This document shows, one piece after another, positions 19,413 to 28,502 of a stretch of 64,000 nt of DNA. Location: the IMG/VR virus record IMGVR_UViG_3300042922_001018. The stretch is one strand, 5' to 3'. Both the position numbers and the translations under genes were made by a program. Origin of the DNA: a virus (Duplodnaviria; Heunggongvirae; Uroviricota; Caudoviricetes). How positions within the stretch are numbered: the stretch's first letter is position 1; each line of letters begins with the position of its first letter. The notes beneath the pieces are model-generated. The model was not told the DNA's origin. It was given only the letters and a program-made list of their open reading frames with translations, and searched no databases.

Positions 19413-19443
19413 AGGGCGAGTGTACCACGGTTCCGCCGAAAGC

Positions 19444-19759
19444 GAACACACCTGTAAGCCGGGTTCTGTCCAGGACGCGAGTCCCTGGGCTGCCATCTTT
19501 CTGAAGCGCAGAGCGCCCCGCGGCTTAGCCGCTGCCACTTACCCGTCCATCATCGAGGCACGACGCCCTAGGACTGTTTGTGTTGCACCGGTCCTCACCC
19601 TACTTCTTAGGCTGGGCTTAGTGGTATGAAGGTGTCAAGTTCGGCACGTTAGTCACCGAATCAGTAACCAACGTGCCGACTCTGACACTCCCACATGGAT
19701 GTCGTGTTGGTGCCCGGACTTTCCTCAACGCTTATGCGCTGCGACAGCCTGGTGTGTTC
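19444..19759 (-). ncRNA. rnpB: RNase P RNA with atypical specificity domain
   Basis: GAGGAAAGTCCGGGC and GACAGAACCCGGCTTA universal P4 motifs; P1 GAACACACC/GGTGTGTTC; P5 GCACC/GGTGC. Confidence 0.92.
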
Positions 19760-19837
19760 TGGAGGCGCTGACGGGATTTGAACCCGCGATTGTACGGTTT
19801 TGCAGACCGTTCCCTTTGGCCGCTCGGGCACAACGCC
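19760..19837 (-). tRNA. tRNA-Cys(GCA)
   Basis: Cloverleaf, U73, encoded CCA. Confidence 0.93.
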
Positions 19838-19842
19838 GTGTA

Positions 19843-20418
19843 TCAGTCGTCTTCTGACGAACCGAAGAGGGAGGACAGCGGCCCCGGCTGTCCAGATTCA
19901 GGAGGGTTCTCGATGCCATGCACTGACAAGGCCGTGAAGAAGGTACAGATGGCGAACGCGAACGCGAAGATACCCACAGCCATCTTCCTGGCGTCCGAGA
20001 TTTCGCCAAGGGTGTCATCAAGACGCTCGCGGGGGAACTTGTCCCAGGCTTCCGGGTTCTCGGCCTTGTACGTTCTGACGAGCGACATGAGCAGCGAATC
20101 GGTCAACGGGGTGAACTTCTTCACCGCCCGGCTGTCGGCCGTCGGAAGCGCGTACATGCTCGACGCTGAAGGCAGGAGGATGCGTTCCAGCCGCGAGTAG
20201 ACATCACCGGGGCGGTAGATGACGACGGTCGCTGTAGATGATGCCCCAATGCTGGAAGCGTTCGTCGTCATCTTCACCCCGGACTTCGGGTCGATGATGA
20301 CGAACTTCCGGTCGATGACTCGGAGGATGTAGCGGTCTCCGAAGACGTGGTCTGCGGACGTTGCGATGTCCTCCCGGTAGTAAACCCGTTCCAGGCCGGT
20401 GATTTCGAGCTTAGCCAC
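19843..20418 (-). CDS. membrane protein (C-terminal TM)
   Basis: Probable GTG start 20418 with GGAGG RBS. Confidence 0.65.
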   Translation of the reverse strand: MAKLEITGLERVYYREDIATSADHVFGDRYILRVIDRKFVIIDPKSGVKMTTNASSIGASSTATVVIYRPGDVYSRLERILLPSASSMYALPTADSRAVKKFTPLTDSLLMSLVRTYKAENPEAWDKFPRERLDDTLGEISDARKMAVGIFAFAFAICTFFTALSVHGIENPPESGQPGPLSSLFGSSEDD

Positions 20419-20641
20419 GGTCAACCTCCAGTCGGCGAATGACGAGCCAGTACATCGCCTGTTGGAATCCGATGAGAACCGTGAGCGACACAATGGCCAT
20501 CGTGGCGTACGCGAAGATGTCGCCGTCGAGGAGGGACACGAAGTCGAAGATGTACGGCACGCCGCGCACGAGGAGCAGGAACACTGCGCCGATGGCGAAG
20601 AAGACGATACCGGCGCCGAGCGCCTGAAGCTGCTGCTTCAT
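20411..20641 (-). CDS. small membrane protein
   Basis: 2 TM, coupled. Confidence 0.7.
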   Translation of the reverse strand: MKQQLQALGAGIVFFAIGAVFLLLVRGVPYIFDFVSLLDGDIFAYATMAIVSLTVLIGFQQAMYWLVIRRLEVDRG

Positions 20642-20994
20642 CAGTTGACCTTCCCGATGGCGAAGATGACTTCGCGGGCGATGACAAAGAGAACCAGCGG
20701 CACGCCACCGGCAAGAAGGACCAGGCCGATGATGTCCCAGAACGGTCCAGGAACTCGCTCGGTGGCATACACGAGGCTCGCGGTGAGTGTACCCAGAAGG
20801 TACGACACGATGGCTGCGGCCGGGACTGCGGCAAGGACACCGAGCGCTTTCAAGCTAGCCCGGCCCATCGTGTCGGGTTCCCGGTCAGCGTCGGCGTACT
20901 TCAGATACGCCGACCGCTTCCAGTAGGCCAGTGCGGACATCACCCCGATGAGCAGGAAGATGAGCACCGCGTGGACGATGGACATTGCGAACAT
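20641..20994 (-). CDS. membrane protein (3 TM)
   Basis: Hydrophobic; TGGTAGGCT upstream. Confidence 0.7.
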   Translation of the reverse strand: MFAMSIVHAVLIFLLIGVMSALAYWKRSAYLKYADADREPDTMGRASLKALGVLAAVPAAAIVSYLLGTLTASLVYATERVPGPFWDIIGLVLLAGGVPLVLFVIAREVIFAIGKVN

Positions 20995-21039
20995 GTTCCG
21001 AGCCTACCACGAGTCTCGGCCGTCCGCCCAGTCGTTACG

Positions 21040-21113
<74 letters not shown>

Positions 21114-21194
21114 TGGAGCCATCGGTTGTTACGGAGTCCCATGACTTACTCCGGGCGCGAGAGGCGAGCGCTACGCCCCTCGTTTACGCCGTTG

Positions 21195-21265
21195 CTCCCC
21201 GTCCAGGACTCGAACCCAGGCGACTGGGTCCAACGCCCAGCGTGCTGCCATTACACCAACGGGGA
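21195..21265 (-). tRNA. tRNA-Gln(TTG), G33 variant
   Basis: Gln-type D arm; loop CGTTGGA. Confidence 0.82.
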
Positions 21266-21467
21266 ATAGGGTATCCTGACGAGCTACCCTGGAGCGTTCT
21301 CCGTGACCGTGCAGACCCGAAGGCCCGGACAGTGCGGCAAGAACGACATCGGCACGCCCTCGCCAGAGCGCCTTAGACGCCCTGACTCTCTTTTCGGGGG
21401 CTGCGACCCTGCCTGATGTGTTTTCGCGGCGTACGCCCGCTTGTGGCGCCGTTCCGTGCATCGTGCG

Positions 21468-21540
21468 CTCCCCCGCCTGGACTCGAACCAAGAACAACTG
21501 AACCAGAATCAGCCGTGTTACCGAATTACACCACGGGGGA
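21468..21540 (-). tRNA. tRNA-Gln(CTG)
   Basis: Cloverleaf; loop TTCTGGT. Confidence 0.92.
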
Positions 21541-21600
21541 ATAGGAGTGTCCGTGGAATCTGACACTCCTGAAGATGTCCGAGTTTACGGACAAGTTGAG

Positions 21601-21765
21601 GACCGGCGCTCTGCCTGGTTGAGCTACCACCCGCGTGTGCGAGGTGAATCCGCCGACGCCGCTAGCAAGCGTCTTGGCGAACCGTTACGGTCTTCCCGAT
21701 TCATCGTGCGCACGAGTCGTCGTTCAGACCGGAACGCCGGGATTTGAACCCGTATCTCCGGCCGG
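21601..21765 (-). ncRNA. circularly permuted tRNA mimic (YrlA-like) with ~90-nt acceptor-loop insert
   Basis: T arm (ACGGGTTCAAATCCCGG) precedes D arm (TAGCTCAACCAGGCAGAGC); ends GCCGG/CCGGT pair. Confidence 0.65.
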
Positions 21766-21840
21766 TGGGCGTGACGGGACTTGAACCCGCGAATCGTTCC
21801 ATTATGAGTGGAGTGCCTTGACCAGCTTGGCTACACGCCC
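21766..21840 (-). tRNA. tRNA-CAT (Ile2 or Met)
   Basis: Cloverleaf; loop CTCATAA. Confidence 0.88.
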
Positions 21841-21844
21841 ATGC

Positions 21845-21890
21845 CAACTATACACATTCGTTATCATGTAACAACAAATGTGTATAGTTG
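21845..21890. repeat. AT-rich 14-bp inverted repeat
   Basis: CAACTATACACATT / AATGTGTATAGTTG. Confidence 0.8.
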
Positions 21891-21894
21891 ACGA

Positions 21895-21969
21895 TGGAGC
21901 CGACAGCGGGGATTGAACCCGCGACCCCCGTATTACGAGTACGGTGCTCTACCACTGAGCTATGTCGGC
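21895..21969 (-). tRNA. tRNA-Thr(CGT)
   Basis: Cloverleaf, encoded CCA. Confidence 0.93.
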
Positions 21970-21972
21970 ACT

Positions 21973-22176
21973 GCCAGGGTGCTACGGGATTCTACCTCTC
22001 CAAGTGTGAGGCCAGCCACCGCCGTCGCGATGACCGCTGCTTTCGCAGTCCGTAGTCGTTCTTACACGGACGAGGGCTTGGAGTCCCTGCCGTCAAACGG
22101 GAGATTACGCAACTGACCTTTCGGTGACGAGCTTTACTGAGACAACCGGAGCCTCAATCCCGCCGTACAACCTGGC
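21973..22176 (-). ncRNA. structured ~200-nt RNA, possibly manA-motif-like
   Basis: Ends pair (GCCAGGTTG/CACCCTGGC); contains GTTGTCTCAGTAAA and GNRA hairpins; flanked by tRNAs; no credible ORF. Confidence 0.45.
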
Positions 22177-22187
22177 TTCCCGTTCTG

Positions 22188-22260
22188 TGCCACCAGCGGG
22201 GTTCGAACCCGAGACCTCGCCCTTACCATGGGCGCGCTCTACCAACTGAGCTATGGCGGC
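22188..22260 (-). tRNA. tRNA-Thr(GGT)
   Basis: Cloverleaf; loop ATGGTAA. Confidence 0.9.
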
Positions 22261-22289
22261 ATCGCCCGATTGGGACCGGGCCTATCCTG

Positions 22290-22361
22290 AGCCACCAGTG
22301 AGGATTGAACTCACGACCTCTTCCTTACCAAGGAAGCGCTCTACCACTGAGCTATGGCGGC
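22290..22361 (-). tRNA. tRNA-Thr(GGT)
   Basis: Cloverleaf; loop TTGGTAA. Confidence 0.92.
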
Positions 22362-22364
22362 ATG

Positions 22365-22705
22365 ACCCAGCCAGCTAGCCGACCGTCCGGAAGGCTGCCG
22401 CTGGGCGCATGTTCGGGCTACTGCCCGGACTTCATGGTATCAGACAGTGTGCGATTAGGCCAAACACTCTGACGGTAGTACATCCGGCTACGCGGTTACC
22501 AACCCGCTTTCGGTTTCGGAGCGCGTTCGCCGCACGCTCCTACTCGATACGACCGGCCTTCCCCTGAGTCCGTGGTTCAGGGCATCCCGTGGGGTCTGTG
22601 TATGCGACTTCAACGAGCGTGTTGCAACACGCACCGTCCGCGACAAGCGCGGCCCCCTCGTGACTCCTTAGATGATGACGTTCTAGGCCAACATTCTGAC
22701 GGATA
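22365..22705 (-). ncRNA. candidate ~340-nt structured RNA starting with a 23S rRNA L11-site-like segment
   Basis: GAATGTTGGCCTAGAACGTCATCATCTAAGGAGT at 5' end; multiple hairpins; no credible ORF. Confidence 0.45.
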
Positions 22706-22708
22706 CCG

Positions 22709-22778
22709 TGCCGGAGTGGGACTCGAACCCACGCCCTCCAGCCCTTTCAAGGCGGCGCTCCCCTGGAGCTGTCCAGCT
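22709..22778 (-). ncRNA. degenerate tRNA-like RNA (Phe-like GAA loop)
   Basis: T arm intact, shortened D loop, bulged anticodon stem. Confidence 0.6.
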
Positions 22779-22793
22779 AGACCTTTCAGTCCG

Positions 22794-22867
22794 TACCTGC
22801 GGGGAGGCTTGAACTCCCGACCTCGCGATTATGAGTCGCGCGCTCTCACCAACTGAGCTACACAGGC
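22794..22867 (-). tRNA. tRNA-CAT (elongator Met or Ile2)
   Basis: Cloverleaf; loop CTCATAA. Confidence 0.9.
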
Positions 22868-22899
22868 ATAAGGGCGCGAGCGCCCCCGTGGAGAGGCTA

Positions 22900-23778
22900 T
22901 CACGCCTCGCCAGGTTCCGGTGTCCAGAAGTCCGCGATGAGACCCTTGTGGTCGCTCACCGGCAAATCTCCCAGCTCCGGGTCGTAGAACGTCTCCGAAC
23001 CGAACGTCCGGGCCGCGGCAGGCTGCCCCGCGCTACCCCAAGCCCATTCGTAAGCCATGATGTAGTCGATGCGCCGCTTCGGCGTCTGCTCCGGACGGTA
23101 GATGGAGCCAACCGACTCGAAGGTGCGCTTCGACCAATGATTCACGTCACCTGACGTGTGCCCCGATTGTTCCGGGTCACCGCACTCGTTCCACGCATCC
23201 AACCAGAGCGTCGAATCATCTTCTACACCCAGGTCCAGACCGCGAAGATACCGAACCGTCCGAGATTCGGGTACAGCGTTCAGGTCTCCCGCAAGCAGAA
23301 TGATGGGACGGTGCTGCCGGTGGTGTCCACCGGGCTGACGAGTGAAGATGTCGTGAGCGTTCACGCTCACATGCCGCGCTTCCTTCATCCGGGACTTCTC
23401 GAACCCGGCGCCCCACTTGAAGTGCGCGTTGAAGATGTAGACGGCGCGGCCATCGACTTCCGATTTCGACACGAGTACCGGCACGTTCACGTCCGGCGTC
23501 TGCATCTTCACGTTCAGCTCGTGCACGGCGATGGGGTGACGGGACAGGGTGATGTTCCCGTACTCACCTTTCTTCGTTTCGCCGATGACCTTGTAATCCA
23601 TCCCCAGCTTGAAGCTCAGGACATCACCGACGTAGAAGCCCGCCGCCTCAGGGCCGGGCACTTCCTGAAGGCACAAGAAGTCGAGGTCTTCGAACTTCAG
23701 CGTGTCTACGAGAAGGTCAAGCCGCTCTTTGAGCAGCTTCGGCTCTTTGAGCAGGTTCAGGGTCGCAACGCGTATCAC
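22900..23778 (-). CDS. endonuclease/exonuclease/phosphatase (EEP) family protein
   Basis: ATLN, LQEV, AGDLN, RIDYI, SDH motifs. Confidence 0.92.
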   Translation of the reverse strand: MIRVATLNLLKEPKLLKERLDLLVDTLKFEDLDFLCLQEVPGPEAAGFYVGDVLSFKLGMDYKVIGETKKGEYGNITLSRHPIAVHELNVKMQTPDVNVPVLVSKSEVDGRAVYIFNAHFKWGAGFEKSRMKEARHVSVNAHDIFTRQPGGHHRQHRPIILLAGDLNAVPESRTVRYLRGLDLGVEDDSTLWLDAWNECGDPEQSGHTSGDVNHWSKRTFESVGSIYRPEQTPKRRIDYIMAYEWAWGSAGQPAAARTFGSETFYDPELGDLPVSDHKGLIADFWTPEPGEA

Positions 23779-23810
23779 GTCACGACCCTATCACGAAACT
23801 GCGCCCTACG

Positions 23811-24047
23811 CTACTGAGCGATAGGCTGCGCGGTCTTACGCGCGTGGACTTCGAGCGGCGATTCCGCCGGGAGTCGGGCACCGTACACCTGAGCGTAATC
23901 GGCAGCACGGTCGCGCTCCTCGCGGAGCATGTCCATGTCGTCACGCGTCGCAGGCGTATCGCGAGACTCGATGTAGTTTCGGGTGGCGATGTACGCCTCC
24001 ACAGGGTTGAGCTTTCCGCGCTTCTTCCCTACGCCTTTCAAAGACAT
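23811..24047 (-). CDS. small hypothetical protein
   Basis: MSLKGVGKKRG...; GAAAGGA RBS. Confidence 0.6.
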   Translation of the reverse strand: MSLKGVGKKRGKLNPVEAYIATRNYIESRDTPATRDDMDMLREERDRAADYAQVYGARLPAESPLEVHARKTAQPIAQ

Positions 24048-24104
24048 GATGAATCCTTTCTGGGGCCAGTCTAGTGGCCGTCGTCGTGCGCTGCGATGCA
24101 GCGC

Positions 24105-24180
24105 TGGTGCCCCCGACCCGAATCGAACGGGCAACCGACGGATTAGAAGGCCGTTGCTCTATCCGTTGAGCTACGGGGGC
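24105..24180 (-). tRNA. tRNA-Arg(TCT)
   Basis: Cloverleaf, encoded CCA. Confidence 0.92.
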
Positions 24181-24193
24181 GTAGAAGAACTTG

Positions 24194-24266
24194 TGCCGAC
24201 TGTGGGACTCGAACCCACAACCCCCGCATTACAAGTGCGGTGCGCTACCAGTTGCGCCAAGTCGGC
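24194..24266 (-). tRNA. tRNA-Thr(TGT)
   Basis: Cloverleaf; loop CTTGTAA. Confidence 0.92.
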
Positions 24267-24335
24267 ATGCGACGGGAGGCCTCACCCGCTTGGGGCAACC
24301 TACGCGACCGAAGCCGCCGCTCTTCGGCCGAACCG

Positions 24336-24407
24336 AGCGGATGACGAGATTCGAACTCGCGACCCTCACCTTGGCAAGGTGATGCGCTACCACTGCGCTA
24401 CATCCGC
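24336..24407 (-). tRNA. tRNA-Gly(GCC)
   Basis: Cloverleaf; loop TTGCCAA. Confidence 0.93.
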
Positions 24408-24452
24408 GTATGCAACTACTCTAGCACGCGCTCGTTGCCCTTCACGTTACTG

Positions 24453-24528
24453 CGGAAGCGGTAGGGGTCGAACCTACAGACCTTCTCGGCACCGGATTAC
24501 GACCGGCTGCTCTCCCCAGCGCGCCTCC
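24453..24528 (-). ncRNA. tRNA-like RNA: Ser-like acceptor/G73, long variable arm, loop TCGTAAT, abnormal D arm
   Basis: GGAGGCG/CGCTTCC-G; T arm GTAGGTTCGACCCCTAC. Confidence 0.62.
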
Positions 24529-24608
24529 ACGACTCTCCAACCGGTATCGGTGTCGCTTCTGACGCTGCCTGATTGAACTGCACTTCCATGAGACTCCGTG
24601 GAGTCTTG

Positions 24609-24681
24609 TGGGACCAACGGGGATTGAACCCGTGACCTTTCGATTTTCAGTCGAACGCTCTACCAACTGAGCTACAGCCCC
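24609..24681 (-). tRNA. tRNA-Phe(GAA)
   Basis: Cloverleaf; loop CTGAAAA. Confidence 0.93.
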
Positions 24682-24855
24682 ATCCGGCCCGCCCAGCTCA
24701 ACCGCCATGAGCTATCGGGCAGACCTTCCCGTGAACGCGGTGCTTCGCCGCAATGTCCCCGCCTGGGAGCACGAGCACTCCCACCGAGTAAGGTTGCGAG
24801 AGGGGACGGAATCCTCCCACATCCAGACCACGGACCTAAGCCCGTGACCGTAGCG

Positions 24856-24929
24856 TAGCCGAGGGGAGACTTGAACTCCCGACCTTTGCATTATCAGTGC
24901 AACGCTCTAACCAACTGAGCTACACGGCT
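24856..24929 (-). tRNA. tRNA-Ile(GAT)
   Basis: Cloverleaf; loop CTGATAA. Confidence 0.92.
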
Positions 24930-25058
24930 GTAGCCAGGGTAGCCTTACGGCTAGCTTCACGAGTCGCCCTGGCGCCGACTCACTACCCTTCTGACCACTC
25001 CGGGTGGGGCGCTCGCAGACTAGGCGTTTGCCTGTTCTCAGCGCTCTCATTCGAGCTG

Positions 25059-25132
25059 TTGCGGGAGGTGGATTTGAACCACCGGCCTCCAGGTTATGAG
25101 CCTGGCGGGCTACCGAGCTGCCCTACCCCGCG
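25059..25132 (-). tRNA. tRNA-fMet(CAT)
   Basis: C1:A72 mismatch, CGCGGGG start. Confidence 0.9.
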
Positions 25133-25315
25133 TCAAGGTCACACGTGACCTGCTACTGTATTCGTGTCCTGAGCGCCCGGTTCATAACGCCGAGCAGGAC
25201 GTTTTCATTGCGAGGAGTCACCGAGGGCCGCAGCATTACTCGGTAACCCAGTTAGCTGGAGAGCTTACGCCGACGCACCAACTGTTCCTACGTGACCAGT
25301 GTAGCACACTAGTTG

Positions 25316-25388
25316 TGACCCCAGCGGGATTCGAACCCGCGCTAACGCCGTGAAAGGGCGCCGTCCTGGGCCGCTAAACGATGGGGCC
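25316..25388 (-). tRNA. tRNA-Glu(TTC)
   Basis: Cloverleaf; loop CTTTCAC. Confidence 0.92.
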
Positions 25389-25570
25389 AGGTGGTTCCCG
25401 AGCGAAGAATCCGGCTCGGGAACCAGTTCGCAGCGACCCCAGCTATCAGCCCACCCAGCGCAGTGAACCTATCCGAGACCGGCGCTCTGCCGGGCTGCTG
25501 ACATTGAGCTTATCACACCGCGAGCGAGACGACAAGCTAAGACACGCCGGAGATGCACTCCGACGCCATG

Positions 25571-25643
25571 TGACCCCAGCGGGATTCGAACCCGCGTTAC
25601 CGCCGTGAGAGGGCGACGTACTAGGCCGCTATACGATGGGGCC
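25571..25643 (-). tRNA. tRNA-Glu(CTC)
   Basis: Cloverleaf; loop CTCTCAC. Confidence 0.92.
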
Positions 25644-25665
25644 ATACGAACCGCAGTGCGGTCCT

Positions 25666-26172
25666 TCAGCTCCCCATGTGCGCGTCCACAAGCTCGTCAA
25701 GGAACTCGCGGAGACGGTTACGGGGAACCTTCTCGATACGAGCTGCTCCGGCCTGGAGCTGCTCGTCGAAGTGTTTCAATAGTGCCTCTGCGTCGAGGTG
25801 CAACCGACGCGCCAGCCGAGGCACGTCTTCGTTCTTCTTGTACTCGGCCGGGCCGACGGGGGTCGGCGCGCTATCGGCTGACGCAGCGCTCACGATACGG
25901 ATGCCCCGCAGTCGTGAGAGGCGGTGGTTATACCCCGCCGGTTGCAGCGCGTGTATCGCGTCATTCGTGACGAACCCTAGAAGCATCTTGTCCCGTTGAG
26001 CGGCCCAAGCGGACACCTCGTCGTAGGAGCGAGGGATGCTCAGGTATCGCATGAACTCTGCAACATCAGCGGATACGTGTCTTCCCGCGTACCCTGGGCC
26101 GGGGACGATTCGCCTCCCGTCCAGATGGCCGACGAGGAAGTAAGTCCGCTGGTGCTTAGCTGCAAGAGTCAC
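25666..26172 (-). CDS. hypothetical protein
   Basis: 168 aa; TGATACACT-N6-GTG leaderless start. Confidence 0.65.
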   Translation of the reverse strand: MTLAAKHQRTYFLVGHLDGRRIVPGPGYAGRHVSADVAEFMRYLSIPRSYDEVSAWAAQRDKMLLGFVTNDAIHALQPAGYNHRLSRLRGIRIVSAASADSAPTPVGPAEYKKNEDVPRLARRLHLDAEALLKHFDEQLQAGAARIEKVPRNRLREFLDELVDAHMGS

Positions 26173-26325
26173 CGGACCAGTGTATCAAGCCTGTACAGGC
26201 GGGGACGGTACGACATTACGCATCTCCGGTTCGCGGGGCAACCCGCCTGTCAGTTCTATCCGCTTCGAGCGGTTTTCTCATGAGCCTGCGTTTACGCCTG
26301 AATCGTGAGAAAACTCGAAGCGTTG

Positions 26326-26411
26326 CGGAGGGCAAGGGATTTGAACCCTTGTGCGCTTGCACGCTCACCGTTTTCAAGACGGGCACCTTAGGCCAACTCA
26401 GTCAGCCCTCC
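26326..26411 (-). tRNA. tRNA-Ser(TGA)
   Basis: Long variable arm, G73. Confidence 0.92.
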
Positions 26412-26511
26412 ATGCTTGCGTCCGCGGACCCGCTCAACCCACGATGCTCTGCTGCGTTTCCGCCCTGAAGCTTGTCGTGAACGTCGCGCCCCGCGGACGC
26501 AAGTTGTGACA

Positions 26512-26596
26512 GTCTCGGCAAGAGGATTCGAACCTACTCTTGGGGTAGCTGACCCCACGGCTCCACGCCGCTACTTTTTCTCGAATCGAACGAGAC
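26512..26596 (-). ncRNA. highly derived tRNA-like RNA
   Basis: GTCTCG/CGAGAC terminal stem, AGGTTCGAATCCT T loop, TGGGG-TCAGCTA-CCCCA arm. Confidence 0.45.
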
Positions 26597-26687
26597 GCAA
26601 CCAGCACCGAGACTGCAAGAGATTCCAGGAGCCTCTCCACGAGAAGCGCCCTGGAACATACATCTAGGTCTCGCGAATGAGACCCTG

Positions 26688-26776
26688 CGGAGCGAGAGGG
26701 ATTTGAACCCTCGATGCCCTTGCGGGCATACCACCTTTCCAGGGTGGCGCACTAGGCCGGACTATGCGACCGCTCC
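26688..26776 (-). tRNA. tRNA-Ser(GGA)
   Basis: Long variable arm, G73. Confidence 0.93.
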
Positions 26777-27199
26777 AGGCTCCGACCTCCCCGGCAGATT
26801 GAACCGCCAGTAACCCGTTGTCGGAATCACGGGGATTTTGGACCTGGCACCAGACCCAAGAAAATGAGGGGCACAAACCATGTGCCAACCCTTGTCTTTC
26901 CCATCGCTTTCTTCGCTACGCGTACGCTTCACGATGAGGGTGTCAAGACCGCCCCCGAATCGAACGGGGAACATCCTCCGTGAGTATGAAGCCTCTGACA
27001 GCGTCATACCCTCTACCCGGTAGTGGGTGCCGGACTCGAACCGAACTCCTAAGAGCGCGCATTGTTCCTAAAACCGGCCATGTCGTGAGGAACGCCTCCC
27101 CGCGACAGGACCAGCCCAATGGTGCCGGGCGCCTGCCTGTTCTACCCTCTACCGGCAGCCACCGCACGGAAGAGCGACCAACCTGCGTGATGACTGTCG

Positions 27200-27272
27200 T
27201 ACCCCGACTCGGATTCGAACCGAGAACCTCCGGTGTTTGAAGCCGTCGCCTCTGCCATTGGGCTACCAGGGT
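27200..27272 (-). tRNA. tRNA-Leu(CAA), short variable loop
   Basis: Leu-type D loop; loop TTCAAAC; weak anticodon stem. Confidence 0.78.
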
Positions 27273-27317
27273 GTATGAGACAACTTTACAGGATGTCTCA
27301 GTCTGTTGTCAAGTCGG

Positions 27318-27701
27318 TTACCACCAGACCCGGACGACGTACTTTCCGTGAGGAAGTTCGCCCTTGCTGATGAGGTCGGCAAGGATGTAGTCCGGCTCAG
27401 GGGCCGAACGGATGAGCTTGATTTCCTCGCTACGGTCAGCGGGCGACGCCGCGTCCAGCCATCGTTGGAGGCTGTCGAACCCGGAGTATTCGCGCTCCTC
27501 TTCGAGGTTCGCGATGAGCTGCTCCACCATGTCCTCGTCCATGTCGTAGACGACGTGTGAATCGTTGGGGAGCATATCGCCCGTCTGCTGACCGATGTAC
27601 TTCCGCCCGTAGAAGCGGGTAGCGATGGCGTCGAGAGTGTCGGGGCCGTCGTGGTCCAGCATGTCCATGATGAACACGTTCTCTTGCTGCGGTGTATGCA
27701 C
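27318..27701 (-). CDS. acidic hypothetical protein
   Basis: 127 aa; leaderless TAGACT upstream. Confidence 0.7.
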   Translation of the reverse strand: MHTPQQENVFIMDMLDHDGPDTLDAIATRFYGRKYIGQQTGDMLPNDSHVVYDMDEDMVEQLIANLEEEREYSGFDSLQRWLDAASPADRSEEIKLIRSAPEPDYILADLISKGELPHGKYVVRVWW

Positions 27702-27740
27702 GCGGCTAGTCTACATCATGAAAACGACTTGCGTCAGACG

Positions 27741-27829
27741 CGGAGCGAGAGGGATTTGAACCCTCGGTTCCCTTACGGGAACACCACCTTAGCAGGGTGG
27801 CGCACTAGGCCGGACTATGCGACCGCTCC
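27741..27829 (-). tRNA. tRNA-Ser(GCT)
   Basis: Long variable arm, G73. Confidence 0.93.
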
Positions 27830-27883
27830 ATTCGGCTGGATTAAGCGCCAGCCCGCTGTGTGGATTCCAACAGCAGAATCTCG

Positions 27884-27956
27884 TACCCCGCCCCGGACTC
27901 GAACCGGGAACTCCCAGATTTTAAGTCCGTTGCCTCTGCCGTTGGGCTAGCGGGGC
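27884..27956 (-). tRNA. tRNA-Leu(TAA), short variable loop
   Basis: Loop CTTAAAA. Confidence 0.88.
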
Positions 27957-28406
27957 TTAGTCGCCTCCGCCACCACCTCCGCCGCCACCACCTCCACCGC
28001 CGTCGCCACCCGACGAACCTCCAGTGTCGCCGCCATAAGAACTGGGCGAGTCGTAGCTGGGGGTGTCGGAGTAACTCGGAGTATCGGACTGGGGGCGCGG
28101 GTTGTTGTCGTAGCTGCTGGTAGTAGCGAGGAAGGCGACGGATGCTGCTCCCGCCGATGCTCCCCCGTCCCCACTGTCATTGCGGCGTTCCTCGCGAAGA
28201 CGCGCGCGGGTGAGAGGAGCCTCAGCCGGTGCGGTACGCGAGACGGTTGCGACCGGGGCACTGGGCGTGATGCGAGGCATCGCTTCGGTCATTGGGGCAG
28301 CGGTTTCTGTCGTCGCGGTCTTCCGTCTGGCGCGTACGACCAGGAGGACGATGACGACGATTGCGACGAGGACAAGTGCCCCTCCGATGATGAACTCTGG
28401 CTGCAT
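27957..28406 (-). CDS. N-terminal TM protein with Gly/Ser-rich tail
   Basis: TM, poly-Gly C-terminus; leaderless promoter. Confidence 0.75.
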   Translation of the reverse strand: MQPEFIIGGALVLVAIVVIVLLVVRARRKTATTETAAPMTEAMPRITPSAPVATVSRTAPAEAPLTRARLREERRNDSGDGGASAGAASVAFLATTSSYDNNPRPQSDTPSYSDTPSYDSPSSYGGDTGGSSGGDGGGGGGGGGGGGGD

Positions 28407-28429
28407 GGTGCTATCTTAGCACCTCTGTG

Positions 28430-28502
28430 TGCCCGCGGCCGGATTTGAACCGGCGACCTACCGATTAGGAGTCGGTCGCTCTATCCGCTGAGCTACGCAG
28501 GC
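28430..28502 (-). tRNA. tRNA-Arg(CCT)
   Basis: Cloverleaf; loop CTCCTAA. Confidence 0.93.

Noticed and set aside
22366-22405. SRP RNA from a GTCCGGAAGG hairpin
   Set aside because: GGAA loop is on the opposite strand to the island and the conserved CAGG/AGCA internal loop is missing
22660-22700. True rRNA gene
   Set aside because: Similarity is limited to about 35 nt; no flanking 23S sequence
27200-27272. Opal suppressor or Sec tRNA (TCA reading)
   Set aside because: Register of the stem and Leu-type D loop favour CAA; no Sec-type long arms; TGA is used as a normal stop throughout
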